DNA of 64,000 nt. Source: Nitrospirota bacterium. Lineage in GTDB: Bacteria; Nitrospirota; Nitrospiria; Nitrospirales; Nitrospiraceae. The notes under the pieces are model-generated. The model made no database searches. It had not been told where the DNA came from and worked only from the letters and a program-made list of their open reading frames with translations. How positions within the stretch are numbered: position 1 is the stretch's first letter; each line of letters opens with the position of its first letter. This document shows positions 20,236 through 33,359 of this stretch, piece after piece. The position numbers and the translations under genes were made by a program. The stretch lies in the NCBI GenBank assembly GCA_963701855.1, contig CAVPBK010000011.1:32001-96000 (forward strand), given 5' to 3'.

Positions 20236-22431
20236 TTATCCCTCACGAGGTACCGCCGCAGAGCCATCCTGATGCGATTGCAGCCTGGCATAGAACCCCT
20301 TCATGCGCAGCAACTCCTCGTGCGAGCCCTGTTCGACAATCTCGCCCTTTTCCACCACGTAAATCCGATGCGCCGGCCGCACCGTGCTCAGCCGATGGGC
20401 AATGATGAAGACTGTGCGCCCCCGACTGATCTGCGCCATGTTTTGCTGAATGATGGCTTCCGATTCATAGTCCAATGCGCTCGTGGCTTCATCGAAGATC
20501 AGGATGCGCGGGTTCGCGACCAAGGCCCTGGCAATCGCAATTCGCTGGCGTTGTCCCCCGGAGAGTGAGCAGCCATGCTCTCCCACCATCATGTCATAGC
20601 CCTGTGGCAATTCCAGAATGAATTCGTGTGCCCCGGCCAACTTGGCTGCCTGGATCACCTGCTCCATAGCCAACCCCGGATCGGTCAATGCAATGTTGTC
20701 GCGCACAGAGCAATTGAAGAGAAAGTTTTCTTGGAGTACTACTCCCACCTGTCGGCGGAGCCAGGCCGGGTCCACCTGCGCGAGATCCACACCATCCACG
20801 AGAATACGCCCGCGCTCCGGCACATAGAGCCGTTGAACCAACTTGGCGAGGGTACTCTTGCCGGACCCGGACCGCCCGACAAGCCCGATTACCTGGCCTG
20901 GCGTCACCGAGAAGGACACCTTGCGTAAGATTTCCGAGCCATCTGGGCGATAGCGAAAGGTCACATCGTCGAACACGACATGTCCCTTGACTTGGGGGAG
21001 CGTGGTTCGATTCGGGTTGTAGGAAGGCTCCGGTTGGGTGTTGAGCACGTCACCCAGCCGCTGCACCGAGATGCCGACTTGCTGAAACTCCTGCCACAGA
21101 TTGACGAGACGCAACAGGGGGCCGGTCACTTGTGCCGAGAGCATGGTGAAGGCAATCAATTGCCCGATGGTGAGATCTCCTCCGATGACCCGATAGGCCC
21201 CTACCCACAGGACCGCCACCGTGGTGATTTTTTGAATGCCGGAGCCCACCTGCCCGGCCACGGTCATCAAGCTGGTGGCACGGAAACTCGCCCGCACATA
21301 ACCCGCCAGTTGTTCTTCCCACTTGCGTAGGAGGGGCGGCTCGACGGCCAACGCCTTCACCGTTTGGATGCCGTTGATCGCCTCCACGAGGAAGGACTGA
21401 TTGTCTGCGCCACGGTTGAATTTCTCATTCAGCCTGGCGCGGATGGCCGGGGTAATGAACACAGACAAGAGGGCATAGAGGGGCAATGAAGCCATCACGA
21501 CCAGCGTAAGAATGGGGCTGTAGAACCACATGACGGCGAGGAATACGACGGTAAACAGCAGGTCGAGCACCACCGTGACCGAATGGCTCGTCAAAAACTG
21601 GCGAATATGCTCCAGTTCACGCACCCGGGCCACCGTGTCCCCTACCCGTCGCGCCTCGAAATAGGCCAGCGGGAGGGCCAGGACATGGCGGAATAACTGC
21701 GCGCCGAGACCGACATCGATCCGGTTCGACGTATGGGTAAAGAGATAGGTGCGCATCCCACCCAAGACTGCATCGAAGAGCGCGAGGGCAATCATGCCGA
21801 TGGCCAGCACATGAAGTGTCGTGAACCCCTTGTGGACGAGCACCTTATCGATCACAACTTGAGTGAAGAGCGGCGTCAGCAGGGCAAAGAGTTGTAAGAA
21901 GAACGACGCGACAAACACCTCGCCGAGAAGCCTGCGGTATTTGACGATGGCAGGGATGAACCAGGTGAAATCGAACTTCAGATCTTGAAGCCGAAGATTG
22001 GCCCGTTTGGCGAACAATAATAATTGTCCCGTCCAGGCCGATTCGAACTGCTCGCGAGAGAGTACGAGCGGACGCGCTTCGGTGGGATCTTGAACGAGAA
22101 CCTTCTCTCCTTCGAGCTTCGCGAGCACAACATAGCGACCATCGGTTCGCTTCGCCAGAGCTGGAAGCGGAATCCCGCCGAGCTTGTTCCAGTCGGCGGA
22201 CTTCTGGCCGGCCTTGAGCCCGAGGTGCTTGGCAGCCCGGAGCAGATCGGTATCAGAGAGCGGTTGCCCGGACTGGGCGAACTGATGGCGCAGCTGCGAT
22301 CCATCAGCCGGCAAATCATAAAAACGGGCCAGGATCAACAGGCAGATCAGGCCCGTGTCCGTGACCCCCGTGATGGCAGATGGCGGTGTTGAATCAGAAG
22401 GAGGAGGGATCCTCTCTACATCCGCTGGCAT
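20236..22431 (-). CDS. hlyB: HlyB-family T1SS ABC transporter with C39-like domain
   Basis: FDFTWFIPA, RRVGDTVARVRELE, GRSGSGKST, LSGGQRQR, DEATSALD; DTG instead of the catalytic DCG suggests an inactive C39-like domain. Confidence 0.96.
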   Translation of the reverse strand: MPADVERIPPPSDSTPPSAITGVTDTGLICLLILARFYDLPADGSQLRHQFAQSGQPLSDTDLLRAAKHLGLKAGQKSADWNKLGGIPLPALAKRTDGRYVVLAKLEGEKVLVQDPTEARPLVLSREQFESAWTGQLLLFAKRANLRLQDLKFDFTWFIPAIVKYRRLLGEVFVASFFLQLFALLTPLFTQVVIDKVLVHKGFTTLHVLAIGMIALALFDAVLGGMRTYLFTHTSNRIDVGLGAQLFRHVLALPLAYFEARRVGDTVARVRELEHIRQFLTSHSVTVVLDLLFTVVFLAVMWFYSPILTLVVMASLPLYALLSVFITPAIRARLNEKFNRGADNQSFLVEAINGIQTVKALAVEPPLLRKWEEQLAGYVRASFRATSLMTVAGQVGSGIQKITTVAVLWVGAYRVIGGDLTIGQLIAFTMLSAQVTGPLLRLVNLWQEFQQVGISVQRLGDVLNTQPEPSYNPNRTTLPQVKGHVVFDDVTFRYRPDGSEILRKVSFSVTPGQVIGLVGRSGSGKSTLAKLVQRLYVPERGRILVDGVDLAQVDPAWLRRQVGVVLQENFLFNCSVRDNIALTDPGLAMEQVIQAAKLAGAHEFILELPQGYDMMVGEHGCSLSGGQRQRIAIARALVANPRILIFDEATSALDYESEAIIQQNMAQISRGRTVFIIAHRLSTVRPAHRIYVVEKGEIVEQGSHEELLRMKGFYARLQSHQDGSAAVPREG

Positions 22432-22648
22432 GGCGTCATCTTAAGGCTTTCTGAGCCTGCGAACAAACGATTTCGACGATGGCACTGAAAGAATTAGGTG
22501 CTGGTATCTCCTTAATCGACACAACCAGAGGCGTCCTCATGTTTTCTATGAATATTAGGTTGGGCTGGAATTGCCGAATGTTTGCAACGAAACCCTATTC
22601 AGAGATATCATCATTGAATATCATATTGCGATATGTTGGAGGTATATC

Positions 22649-22885
22649 ATGGGAGCGATCTCGCTGAAACTACCAGAGGATGTCCTCGAGGCCAGTCGGC
22701 GTTGTGCGGATACGCTGCATCTATCCAGAGCCGCCTATATCCGTCGAGCGGTCGAGCATATGAATCGCCAGACACAGGCGTTACTACGGGCAAAACGTTT
22801 GGCCGAGGCTTCGAAGAAAGTGCGCAAGGAAAGCATGCGCGTCAACCGTGAATTTTCCGCTATCGAACGGACTCCCGATGCCTAA
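22649..22885 (+). CDS. Ribbon-helix-helix antitoxin
   Basis: MGAISLKLPEDVL...SRAAYIRRAVE; GGAGG RBS; overlaps toxin start. Confidence 0.8.
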   Translation: MGAISLKLPEDVLEASRRCADTLHLSRAAYIRRAVEHMNRQTQALLRAKRLAEASKKVRKESMRVNREFSAIERTPDA

Positions 22886-23234
22886 TCGAGGAGAAGTCTG
22901 GCTGGCCAATCTCGATCCAAAACGGGGCACGGAACCAGGAAAGACACGACCGGTGCTGATTGTCCAGGCCCAGGCATTGCTCGATGCGCAACATCCCTCG
23001 ACCCTCATCATTCCGCTGACGACCGTGCTTATTGAGGGGGCTGAACCCTTGCGTATTCGCGTCAATGCAGCCGGTCGCCTTCGCCGCACTTCCGATTTGC
23101 TGATCGATCAACTGCGTGTAATCGACAATCGCCGTCTTGTGCAAGGCCCCATGACCAAACTCTCGCCGACACTCATGGCTCGTGTGCATGCGGCCCTCTC
23201 CGAAGTCCTCGACCTCGACCAGGATCGCAGCTGA
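22878..23234 (+). CDS. PemK/MazF family toxin
   Basis: RGEVWLANLDP..GTEPGKTRPVLIVQ, IIPLTT, DQLRVIDNRRL. Confidence 0.92.
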   Translation: MPNRGEVWLANLDPKRGTEPGKTRPVLIVQAQALLDAQHPSTLIIPLTTVLIEGAEPLRIRVNAAGRLRRTSDLLIDQLRVIDNRRLVQGPMTKLSPTLMARVHAALSEVLDLDQDRS

Positions 23235-23239
23235 CGAAT

Positions 23240-23345
23240 GGTTCATGTGCTGGTCTCTTTGGTCTATCTCGTCTTTCTGTTCTGTCTGGTCACCAGAGAG
23301 ACTAGACAGACCAGGGCGGCAACCAGAGAGACGGTTCACGTTTTA
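23240..23345. repeat. 9-nt-unit imperfect palindrome between convergent toxin and RTX genes
   Basis: TGGTCTCTTTGGTCTATCT...TCTGTCTGGTCACCAGAGAGACTAGACAGACCAG. Confidence 0.65.
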
Positions 23346-23352
23346 CGTCTTC

Positions 23353-26300
23353 TCACTGCCAGCTCGCGGCGATGATGCCCTGGAACTGCGTTTGTTGTTG
23401 TGCGGTCCCACCACCCGCGATAGCATCGTCCCAGCTCAGGCCGGTATCTGTCGTGAATTGAGCCATGGCTTGGACGAGCTGATCCACTTGCGTGCTGAGC
23501 AGCACCTGGCCATTGCCAGCTTGAATCGTCTCCGTCCGATTGGTTGTGCCGACATACCAGTTCTGTACGGTAATCTGATCGGACGAGCCATGAATCGCCA
23601 GGCGCAGATCGTTGGCTTGCCGACTAATGACGAGATCCAGCGGATTGATGCCACTATCGAACGACACCTTGTCGGCAGAGCCGCTGCTATCTTGAATGAG
23701 ATCTTGTCCACCGCCGAGCTCAAAGTTGAAGGTGTCGTTGCCCGCCCCGCCAATGAGGGTGTCGTTGCCGGCTCCGCCGTTCAAGGTATCGTTGCCCGCG
23801 CCCCCGTTCAGGGTGTCGTTCCCGCTGGTGCCGGTCAGCACGTTGTCGCCCGCGTTGCCGGTGAGGGCAAGCCCGGTACTGAGTGCAGACGCGTTCACGT
23901 TCAGCGCCGTCGTGCCGGTCGTCAGCCCTGCCGCATTGGCGATCACCACGCTCTCTATCCCCGTGACGCCCGGCGCTACCACCAGGGTCTGCCCGGCGGT
24001 GGTGCTGGTGAAGCGGATCACATCCGTGCCCGCCCCCCCGTCGATCACCTCGCCCGCGCCGTGCTCTGCGGGAGCCCCGATCAGGAACACATCGTTCCCG
24101 TCCCCCCCGTTCAGCGTATCGTCGCCCGCCCCGCCGTTCAGCGTGTCGTTGCCCGCGCCGCCGTTCAGCGTGTCCGCGCCATTCGAGCCGATCAGGAGAT
24201 TGGCGGCGGCGTTGCCGGTGATGGTGATGACCCGCCCAGCCCCGACGCATCCAGATTCTCGAAGTTCATCTGCACCAGCGTGTCGTCAGGCACACCGCCG
24301 ATGGAACGTGACCTGGTCGATCAGTGGGGACAAATCCACCGCCACGACACCGCTCCCGCCCGGTGAGTGCCAGCGTGTCGATGCCTGCGCCCCCGTCCGC
24401 ATCTGCCCGCGGCACATTCCGCGGTAACCAGCATGACGACGACGTCGTTCCCCACCCCCCCATCGACGGTGTCCTGCCCCAGCGCCGCCAATCAGCGTGT
24501 CGTTGCCCGCCCAGTCCAGAAAGCGTGTCGTTGCCGCCGGTGCCGGTGATGCGTATTGGCCAGCGCATTGCCGATGCCGGTGACCGCACGCCTATCCCCG
24601 TCAGCTCTAGATTGTCGAAGTTGATCTGCGTGAGGGCATCAGCCACACCACCGATCGACACGACCTGGTCTGTAGTCGAGGAGAGGCACACCACGTGGTG
24701 TCCGGGACTCCCCCTGCGTTCAGCCCTTCGCTCCACCACGCATCAGGTATCAGTTGGGCGTTCACAGATGAACCGGTCGTTCCCGGCGCCCCCGATCAGC
24801 GGTATCCTGACCCACCCCCGCCGATTCAGCGTATCGTTGCCCGCGCCCCCATTCAGGGTGTCGTTCCCGCGCATGACAGTGCCGAAGTCAGCACGTGTGT
24901 CGCCCGCGTTGCCGGTGAGGGCAAGCCCGGTACTGAGTGCAGACGCGTCCACGTTCAGCGCCGTCGTGCCGGTCGTCAGCCCTGCCGCATTGGCGATCAC
25001 CACGCTCTCCACCCCCGTGACGCCCGGCGCTACCACCAGGGTCTGCCCGGCGGTGGTGCTGGTGAAGCGGATCACATCCGTGCCCGCCCCGCCGTCGATC
25101 ACCTCGCCCGCGCCGTGCTCTGCGGGAGCCCCGATCAGGAACACATCGTTCCCGTCCCCGCCGTTCAGCGTATCGTCGCCCGCCCCGCCGTTGAGCGTGT
25201 CGTTGCCCGCGCCGCCATTCAGCGTGTCCGCGCCATTCGAGCCGATCAGGAGATTGGCGCCGGCATTGCCGGTGATAGTCACTGACCCGCCCAGCCCCGA
25301 CGCATCCAGTTCTCGAAGCATCTGCACCGCGTGTCGTCAGGCACGCCGCCGATGGACATCACCTGGCCGCAGTAGGACAAATCTGCCACTACACTGCTCC
25401 CGACGGTGAGTGCCAACGTGTCGTGACGCGCCGCCGTCCGCATCGTCCACAGTCCCCGCTGTACCTGCATGACGACGACGTCGTTCCCCACGCCCCCTCG
25501 ACGGTGTCCTGCCCCGCGCCGCCAATGAGCGTGTCGTTGCCCGCCGGTCCAGAAAGTTCCTGCCGGTGCCTGATCGATTGGCCAGCGCATTGCAGAGGTC
25601 GGTGCCGGCCCCTCAGCTCTAGATTTCTACGTTGGCGGTGAGGGTGTAGTCGAGGGAGGCCACCACGGTGTCCGTCCCCGCGTTCAGCCCTTCGTCACCA
25701 GCGGTCAGGGCGTTCACAATAAACCGGTCGTTCCCGGCCCCGATCAGCGTATTGATGCCACCCCGCCATTCAATATCGTTGCCCGCGCCCCCGTTCAGGG
25801 TGTCGTTCCCGCTGGTGCCGGTCAGCAGTTGTCGCCCGCGTTGCCGGTGAGGGCAAGCCGCTACCCACGTGCGGACGCGTTCACGTTCAGCGCCGTCGTG
25901 CCGGTCGTCAGCCCTGCCGCATTGGCGATCACGACGCTCTCTACCCCCGTGACGCCCGGCGCTACCACCAGGGTCTGCCCGGCGGTGGTGCTGGTGAAGC
26001 GGATCACATCCGTGCCCGCCCCGCCGTCGATCACCTCGCCCGCGCCGTGCTCCGCGGGAGCCCCGATCAGGAACACATCGTTCCCGTCCCCGCCGTTCAG
26101 GGTATCGTCGCCCGCCCCGCCGTTCAGCGTGTCGTTGCCCGCGCCGCCATTCAGGACATCGTCACCACTCGTCCCGGTGAGGACATTGTTCCCGGCATTG
26201 CCGGTGATGGTGAGACCGTTCGCGACCGCCGCAGCATTCACGTTGATCGCCGCCGTGCCGCTAGCATCTCCGGCCGCAGTGGCAATCTGTACCTGCTCGA

Positions 26301-27636
26301 TGTTGGTGACAAGATTCGTGAGCGTCAGCGTCGCCGCTACAGTCCCGGTATAGCGCAGGATGTCGGTGTCAGCCCCCCCGTCCACGATCTCGCCCGCGGC
26401 AAATTCTGCGGTGGAAGCCAGCAGGAAGAGGTCGTTGCCGGCCCCCCCTTGCAGGTTGTCGGCGCCCAGGCCGCCGATCAGCGTGTCGTTACCCGCCCCG
26501 CCATTCAGCGTGTCGTTGCCCTTCGAGCCGATAATGAAATTGTTGCCTGTGCTGCCGGTGACGTTTACTGCACTGCCTATCCCCGAAGCATCGAGGTTCT
26601 CGAAGTTGATCTGTGTGGGGGCATCAGCCACACCACCGATCGACACGACCTGGTCGGTCGTCGAGGAGAGATCGACCATCACCACGTGGTTGCCCGGGAC
26701 TCTCCACTGAGTAGAAGCGTGTCGTTGCCATCCCCGGCATCGATGGTATCACTGTTGCCGGCGGTCACCAGCATGGTGATCTGGTCATCGCCTGCCCCCC
26801 CATGACGGTGTCCTGACCCGGCCGCCGATGAGCGTGTTGTTAGCCGGCCCCGCCAGTCTCAGCCTGTCGTTGGCGGTACCACGCTTCATCGTGACGCCCG
26901 TATCTTCGTTGGGTCCGCTGATGGTGATCGTATCGTTACCGGCGCCGCCGAAGAACGTCATCCCGACGCCTGAGTTGTTCGTATAGGTGATGGTGTCATT
27001 GCCCGACATCAGATTGCCGACCACAGAGAACAGATCGTTAACCGTGGTGACTGAGCCGAGCGCACTGTATGGCAGCAACAGTCCGCTCATCACGATCGTG
27101 TTGGCTCCATCCACGACCGAGATCTCGCTGACATTTCCGCTAATATTGAAATTCCCGGAGAGGACTAAGCTGCCATTGAAGGTCACTTCGGTAGAGCCAA
27201 GCGTTTCCTGCAGCTGAGTGATACTCCCGGAGGCATTGCCGGATGACAGATCGACCGAGATGTTACCGATGATCGTTTGTTGTACGCCCGGAAATCCGAT
27301 CGTGAGAAGGTTGACGATTTCTTTGCCGACGAAATCAATTGTGCCCGCCAAACTCACGACATCACCGGTGGAGGGATTGCTGTATTCGAACGATGTGACG
27401 ACTGGGTTAGTCTGGTCGAGCCCAGTTCCCGTGGCGGTGACGATTCCCCCGGAATCTAAGGTCACGGAAAGCAATGTCGCACTGGGTGGCGCGTTCAGAG
27501 AGTAATGGCCAAGTTGGATTTCCGATATGGCATCATCGAACCGCTGGGAAAAATTGTTAAAGTCTTGTTGGATGTCGATCGGATCCAGGGAGACACCCGA
27601 CCAATCGATCGTGGTTGAGCCAGTGATTACTGCCAT
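23353..27636 (-). pseudogene. RTX-1: T1SS-secreted RTX protein, many apparent frameshifts (pseudogene or assembly error)
   Basis: Fragments 26785-27636 (MAVITGSTTIDWS), 25861-26685, 24743-25327, 23353-24090 carry GGxGxD nonamers and end in the shared ...IAASWQ module. Confidence 0.75.
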
Positions 27637-28406
27637 AATGCACACTCTCCCGTGGATGTCATGTCATCAACATGTGTACGGCTGACTTACTTCCTGCTAA
27701 CGTGCAACAGTAACCATCTATCTATGCTGGAGAGGATGACGAAGACTACTTCACGTCATAATCGGTAAGCTGCCAGAACTGGTTAATGATACAGTTCCAT
27801 AAAATAGCGACACGCCCCGACGAGATTTCCCTCTCCAGCCGCTTTCCCCCTCTGTCATTGCGTGGGCCTCTATGCTCCACAATTTCATTCATTGTCAAGA
27901 ACTTGGAGCCTGCAATGATTTGAGGGCAATGCGGGTGCCGACGCATTCAGTGAGGAGCACCGTGCGTGCGCGGGTAAGAATGGCTCCTCAGAGGGTCGTC
28001 GTGCAAGACCTCTTCAACGTTTTTTTGACCTCACCATACTCTGTCGACGACACGAACCCAATTCCTCGTTGGGGGGGGAATTCAAGGAACAGGGGAGGCA
28101 GGAATCTATTTCTTATCACGCGGCTGCTGGCTTCATGGGCAAACTTTGCAAACTGATGAAAAAACTGGAAAGAATATCATGGCACGCCTGAGCTTCGAGG
28201 ATCTGCACGTCTTGCACAACAGGAGAATTCTACCCCAGGATAGCTGAGTAAGACTGGTAGGATTGACGAGACGGGTGAGGGTTCGAGGTCCGAAGGCCGA
28301 AGTGTTCGGAGCTTCGAACCTCGAACGTCAGATCGCGCCTTTCTCGCATGTCTCGCGCTTCACGCGCCACGGTCTGTGTCCTTGTGGGTTGCTTCAACAT
28401 CCCATG
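27637..28406. repeat. Duplicated ~770-bp intergenic block, copy 1 (copy 2 at 37430-38207)
   Basis: Colinear similarity along the block, including a TTCGAAC palindromic element ending GGGTTGCTTCAACATCCCATG. Confidence 0.85.
27759..27785 (-). promoter_or_regulatory. Sigma-28-like promoter of RTX-1
   Basis: TAAC-N15-ACCGATTA vs FliA consensus TAAA-N15-GCCGATAA; equivalents upstream of RTX-2, -3, -4. Confidence 0.45.
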
Positions 28407-31400
28407 CTACTGCCAGTTCGCGGCGAGGATGCCCTGGAACTGCGTTTGCTGTTGTGGGGTACCAGCACCCCCGCTCGCATCATCCCAGCTCACGCCGGTA
28501 TTTATCGTGAATTGAGCCATCGCTTGGATGAGCTGATCCACTTGCGTACTGAGCAACACTTGGCCATCGCCCGCTTGAATCGTCTCCGTCCGATTGGCTG
28601 TTCCGACAAACCAGTTCTGCACAGTGATCTGGTCGTTGGGCGATCCATCATGAATGGCAATTCGAAGATTGTTGGCCTGTTTGCTGATGACGAGATCCAG
28701 CGGATTGATGCCACTGTCGAACAATATCTTGTCCATACAGCCATTATTGTCTTGGATGAGATCCTGTCCATCGCCACTGCCAAAGAGGTAGGTATCGTTG
28801 TCATTGCCTCCGTTCAACGTGTCGTTCCCAGCTCCACCACGCAAGGTATCGTTCCCCGCCAGCCCGGAGAGGAGGTTTTTGCCGTCGTTACCGGTGAGGA
28901 CGTTATTGAGCGCATTACCCGTGCCTTTGAGGTCAGCGATCCCGGTCAACTCCAGATTTTCTACATTGGCGCCCAGCGTGTAGTTCAGGGAGGTAACCAC
29001 CGTGTCCGTGCCCGCGTTCAGCGCTTCGGTGACCACGTCACCAGCAACACCAACCGTGTAGGTGTCGTTGCCAAGCCCACCCTTCATGAGGTCGCTGCCG
29101 ATACCACCATCGAGGCTGTTGTTGCCGCTATTGCCATAAGGATATTATTAAGCGCATTGCCGGTGCCGCTCAGGTCTGCGATCCCGGTCAGCTCCAAATT
29201 TTCCACATTGTCGGTGAGCGTGTAATTGATGGACGAGAACACCTTGTCGATGCCCTCGTTCAGCGCTTCAGTGACCAGATCTCCGGCATTGTCCACCGTA
29301 TAGGTGTCGTCACCCAGCCCGCCGCTGATAGCGTCCCCGCCTAAGCCACCATCCAGCGTATCGTTGCCGGCGCCGCCATTGATGCTGTCGTTGCCGCTAG
29401 AGCCGATGATGATATTGGCGCCGTCACTGCCGGTTGCGTTAACCGAACCACCCAGCTCCGAAGCATCGAGGTTCTCGAAGTTGTTTTGCGCGGAGTCATC
29501 AGTCGCGCCGCCGATCGAGACCACCTGGTCGCTTGTCGATGACAGATCGACTACTACGTTGCCAGTGCCGCCTACCACGTCACTAAGCAGAAGTGTGTCG
29601 TTGCCTGGTCCGGCATCGATAATATCCACATTGCCACTGGTGACAGCCATGAAGATGTGGTCGTCGCCCGCTCCCCCTCTGACGTTGTCCTGACCCGTGC
29701 CACCGACCAGCGTGTCATTTCCATCATCCCCGTTCAGTAGGTCGTCGCCGTCACCGCCCACCAGCAAGTCATCACCCGCGCCGCCATTCAGTCCATCAGC
29801 ACCCCCATTGCCGAACAACAAGTCCTTACCGCCGTTCCCATTCAAGACCTCGTCGACTGTACTCGTACCGGCAATAAGATCATTTTGGTCGCCACCGCTA
29901 CGGGCTGGGCCTGTGTCTGTGTTGAGCAGATAGGGAGCGCTTCCTAACGCATACCCGAACATCGATGCACCTCCTGCAAACCCGAAAGTCGATGTACTGC
30001 TCTCAAATTGGAGACTCTCAACCTTACTGCTCGCGCCTGCATATTGGTCTACTATGGTCACTGAGCTCGCGAATGCCGAGCCAACGAGATTTTCCCGGTT
30101 TGCTCGAAGTTCAGCCCTGTAAGGTCTAAACCGTTCGAAACAAGAATACTAATCGTGTCGTTACCACCGCTATCAGTGATGGTATCGTCTCCGGATCGAA
30201 AAGGTTTGTGTCATAACGGTATGTATCATTACCCAGCCCGCCATTGAGCCTGTCCTCGCCGAATCAGCCAGTGATGATATTGTCGCCATCGCTGCCGGTG
30301 ACGACAACCGGATTTGACAAAGCCAGCCCCGAGGCATCGACATTTTCGAAGTTTTTTTGCGTGGAGGCATCAGTCGCGCCGTCGATCGACACCACCTGGT
30401 CGGTGAGCGACGACAGATCCACTACCACCTCGCCGCTGCCGACACCACTAAACACAAAACCACTCAGCACCAGCGTGTCGTTGCCAGCCCCGGCATCGAT
30501 GGTATCTACGTCGTTACTGGTGATCTCCATGCCGATGTGGTCGTCGCCTGCACCTCCGTTGATGCTGTCCTTACCCAGGCCACCGAGCAACGTGTCATTG
30601 CCGTCACCTCCATCCAACGTGTCGGCGCCGTCACCGCCCACCAGCAAGTCATCACCCGCGCCGCCATTCAGGGTGTCGGCACCTTCATTGCCGAACAACA
30701 AGTCCTTACCGCCGTTCCCATTCAAAGTCTCGCCACTTGCACTCGAACCGGCAATAAGATCATTTTGGTCGCCACCGTTACGGGTTGGGCCTGTGTCCGT
30801 GTTGAGCAGATACGGAGCGCTTCCCAACGCATACCCAAAAATCGATGCGCCGCCTGCAAACCCAGGAATCGGTGCGCTGCCTGAAAATTGGAGACTCTCG
30901 ACTTTGCTGCTCGCGCCTGTGTACTGGCCTACTATGGTCACTGAGTCCCCGGATGCCGAGCCGACGAGATTATTGGCTGTTTGCTCGAAGTTCAGCCCAC
31001 TCAGGTCAAAACCGTTCATGACAATAAGGTCATTGCCACCGCTATCATTGATCGTATCGTTTCCGGATATGCCGATTGTGTCGAAACGGTACGTATCATT
31101 GCCCATGCCCGCCATTGAGCATATCGGTGCCTGGCCCCCCGCTGAGAACGTCATTGCCTGCGCCGCCGTCCAGCACATCGTCGCCCGCCAGCCCGGAGAG
31201 AATGTTGTTACCGCTGTTGCCGGTGAGGAGGTTGTTGCCGCCGTCGCCGGTGGCATTGATCGCGGCAGTGCCAGTGAGCAGCACATTCTCGATCTCGGTG
31301 AAGAACACATCATTGAGATCGACGCTGCGGTTGATGTTCACCGTGTCGTTGCCTCCACCAGGCAACTCCGTGATGCTGTCGTGGAGATCGTCAATCACGT

Positions 31401-33214
31401 AGGTGTCGTTGCCGACACCCCCGATCATGGTGTCGCGGCCCAGCCCGCCAATCAGCGTATCGTCGCCGGCCCCGCCAGTGACCGTGTCGTTGCCGCTCGC
31501 GCCGATGATACTGTTGTCGCCATCGCTGCCGGTGACCGTCACGGAACTGCCGAGCCCCGTGGCGTGAGGTTCTCGAAGTTGATTTGCGTCAGCGTGTACC
31601 GTCAGCAACGCCGCCGATCGAGACCGCCTGGTCGGTCGACGAGGACAGATCGACCACCACCACGTGGTCGCCCGGGACGACCCCACTGAGTACCAGTGTG
31701 TCGGTGTCCGCCCCGGCATCGATGGTATCCACGTTGCCGGCCGTGACCAGCAGGGTGATCTGGTCATCGCCCATACCCCCGTTGACGCTATCCTCACCCA
31801 GGCCGCCGCTGAGCCGGTTGTGACCGTTGTTGCCGGTGAGGACGTTGGCGAGCGCATTGCCGGTGCCGTTGAGGTCGCCCTCCCCGTGAGCTCAGGTTCT
31901 CCAGGTTGGCACCCAGCGTGAAACTCGGCGGCGAGCTTTGCACCGTGTCCTTGCCGCGATCAGCGGCCGCCGTAAGAAGATGTTTCAGTGACCACATCCC
32001 GCGCACTGTCCACCATATAGGTGTCGTCGCCGAACCCACCATCAGGTTATCGTCGCCGCGCCGCCGATCAGAATGTCGTTACCGGCAAGCCCGGAACAGG
32101 TCGTCACCATCGCCCCCGCCTCCCCCCCGAAAGAATGTTGTGGCCGATGTTGCCGGTGAGAATATTGGCGAGCGCATTGCCGGTGCCGTTGAGGTTACCT
32201 GCGCCAATAAGCGTCAGGTTCTCCACATTGGCACCGAGCGTGAAGCTCGCCGCCGAGCTTTGCACCAGGTCGATGCCAGGCGCAGGGGGCAAGCGATTCG
32301 GCGGCGATGTCACCCGACTGTCCACCACATAGATGTCGTTGCCCGCGCCGCCATCCATCGCATGTTGCCTGTACCACCGTTGAGGGTGTGTTACAGCTAG
32401 CCCGTGAGCTGTGTCGTTGCCGTCGGCGCCATTGAGGACATTGGCCGCGCTGTTGCCGGTGAGGCCGTTGGCTCCGCCGTCACCGGTGGCATTGATCGCG
32501 GCAGTGCCGGTGCTCAGCACATTCTCACTGAGTAAACTGTAGGCAAGGTTGGGGTTCGGACGCTGCGGTTGATGTTCACCTTGTCGGTCCCCTCGTCGGC
32601 GTTCTCGGTCACCACGTCGCGGCAGGCTGTCGACCACGTAGATGTCGTTGCCCATCCCTCCGGTCAGGATGTCCTTGCCCGAACCTCCGTCCAGCGTATC
32701 GCTCCCCACACCGCCAGTCAGAGTATCGTTACCCCATCCCCGCCCATTGAGAACGTTCATCCGCCCCCACCATCGCTCTCGTGCCTTCGAGCCGATGATG
32801 AATTGTCGCCGTCGCTGCCGGTGACCGTCGCTGAACCGCCTATCCCCGAGACAGTGAGGTTCTCGAAGTTGGTTTGCGTGAGGGCGTTCCAGCCACGCCG
32901 CCGATTGAGACCGCCTGATCGGTCGACGAGGCCAGATCGACCTCCACTACGTGGTCGCCCGGCACGAACCGTTGAGTACCAGCGTGTCGTCTCCGCTCCG
33001 GCATCAATCGTATCCACGTTGCCGGCCGTGACCAACATGGTGATCTGGTCGTCGCCCGCATCTCCATTAATGGTGTCCTGACCCAAGCCGCCGATGAGCG
33101 TATCGTCGCCGGCACCACCATCCAGCGTGTCGTTTCCCACCGAGGCCGTTCAGTACGTCATTGTCGGGGCCACCGTTGAGCGTGTCAGGTCCCGGCCCGC
33201 GTAATGATTGCCAT
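28407..33214 (-). pseudogene. RTX-2: T1SS-secreted RTX protein, frameshifted; lacks the IDWS N-terminal domain
   Basis: GGGAGG RBS before ATG 33214 (MAIIT...GPDTLNGG); fragments to 28407 ending ...ILAANWQ; internal duplicated module FAGGAS.FGYALGSAPYLLNTDTGP. Confidence 0.72.
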
Positions 33215-33331
33215 AACGCATACCTCCCTCTAAGTATCACGCCACGAATAGAGCAACGCCTGACTTCCTTGCAATCGGTTAACAGCAGCAACTAGTCTCG
33301 CTGGAAAGGGAGCTGGGACTACTTAACTTCC

Positions 33332-33359
33332 TGATCGGGAAGCAGCCCAGAACTAATTA
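33332..33359 (-). promoter_or_regulatory. Sigma-28-like promoter of RTX-2
   Basis: TAAT-N16-CCCGATCA followed by the conserved AAGTAGTC leader. Confidence 0.4.

Noticed and set aside
27872..28156. Conserved plus-strand ORF in the duplicated spacer (also 37647-38510)
   Set aside because: Similarity is explained by the duplication; ORF boundaries differ between copies and no domain is recognisable
28179..28198. Sigma-54 promoter TGGCACG (also ~37981)
   Set aside because: No TTGC -12 element at the required spacing
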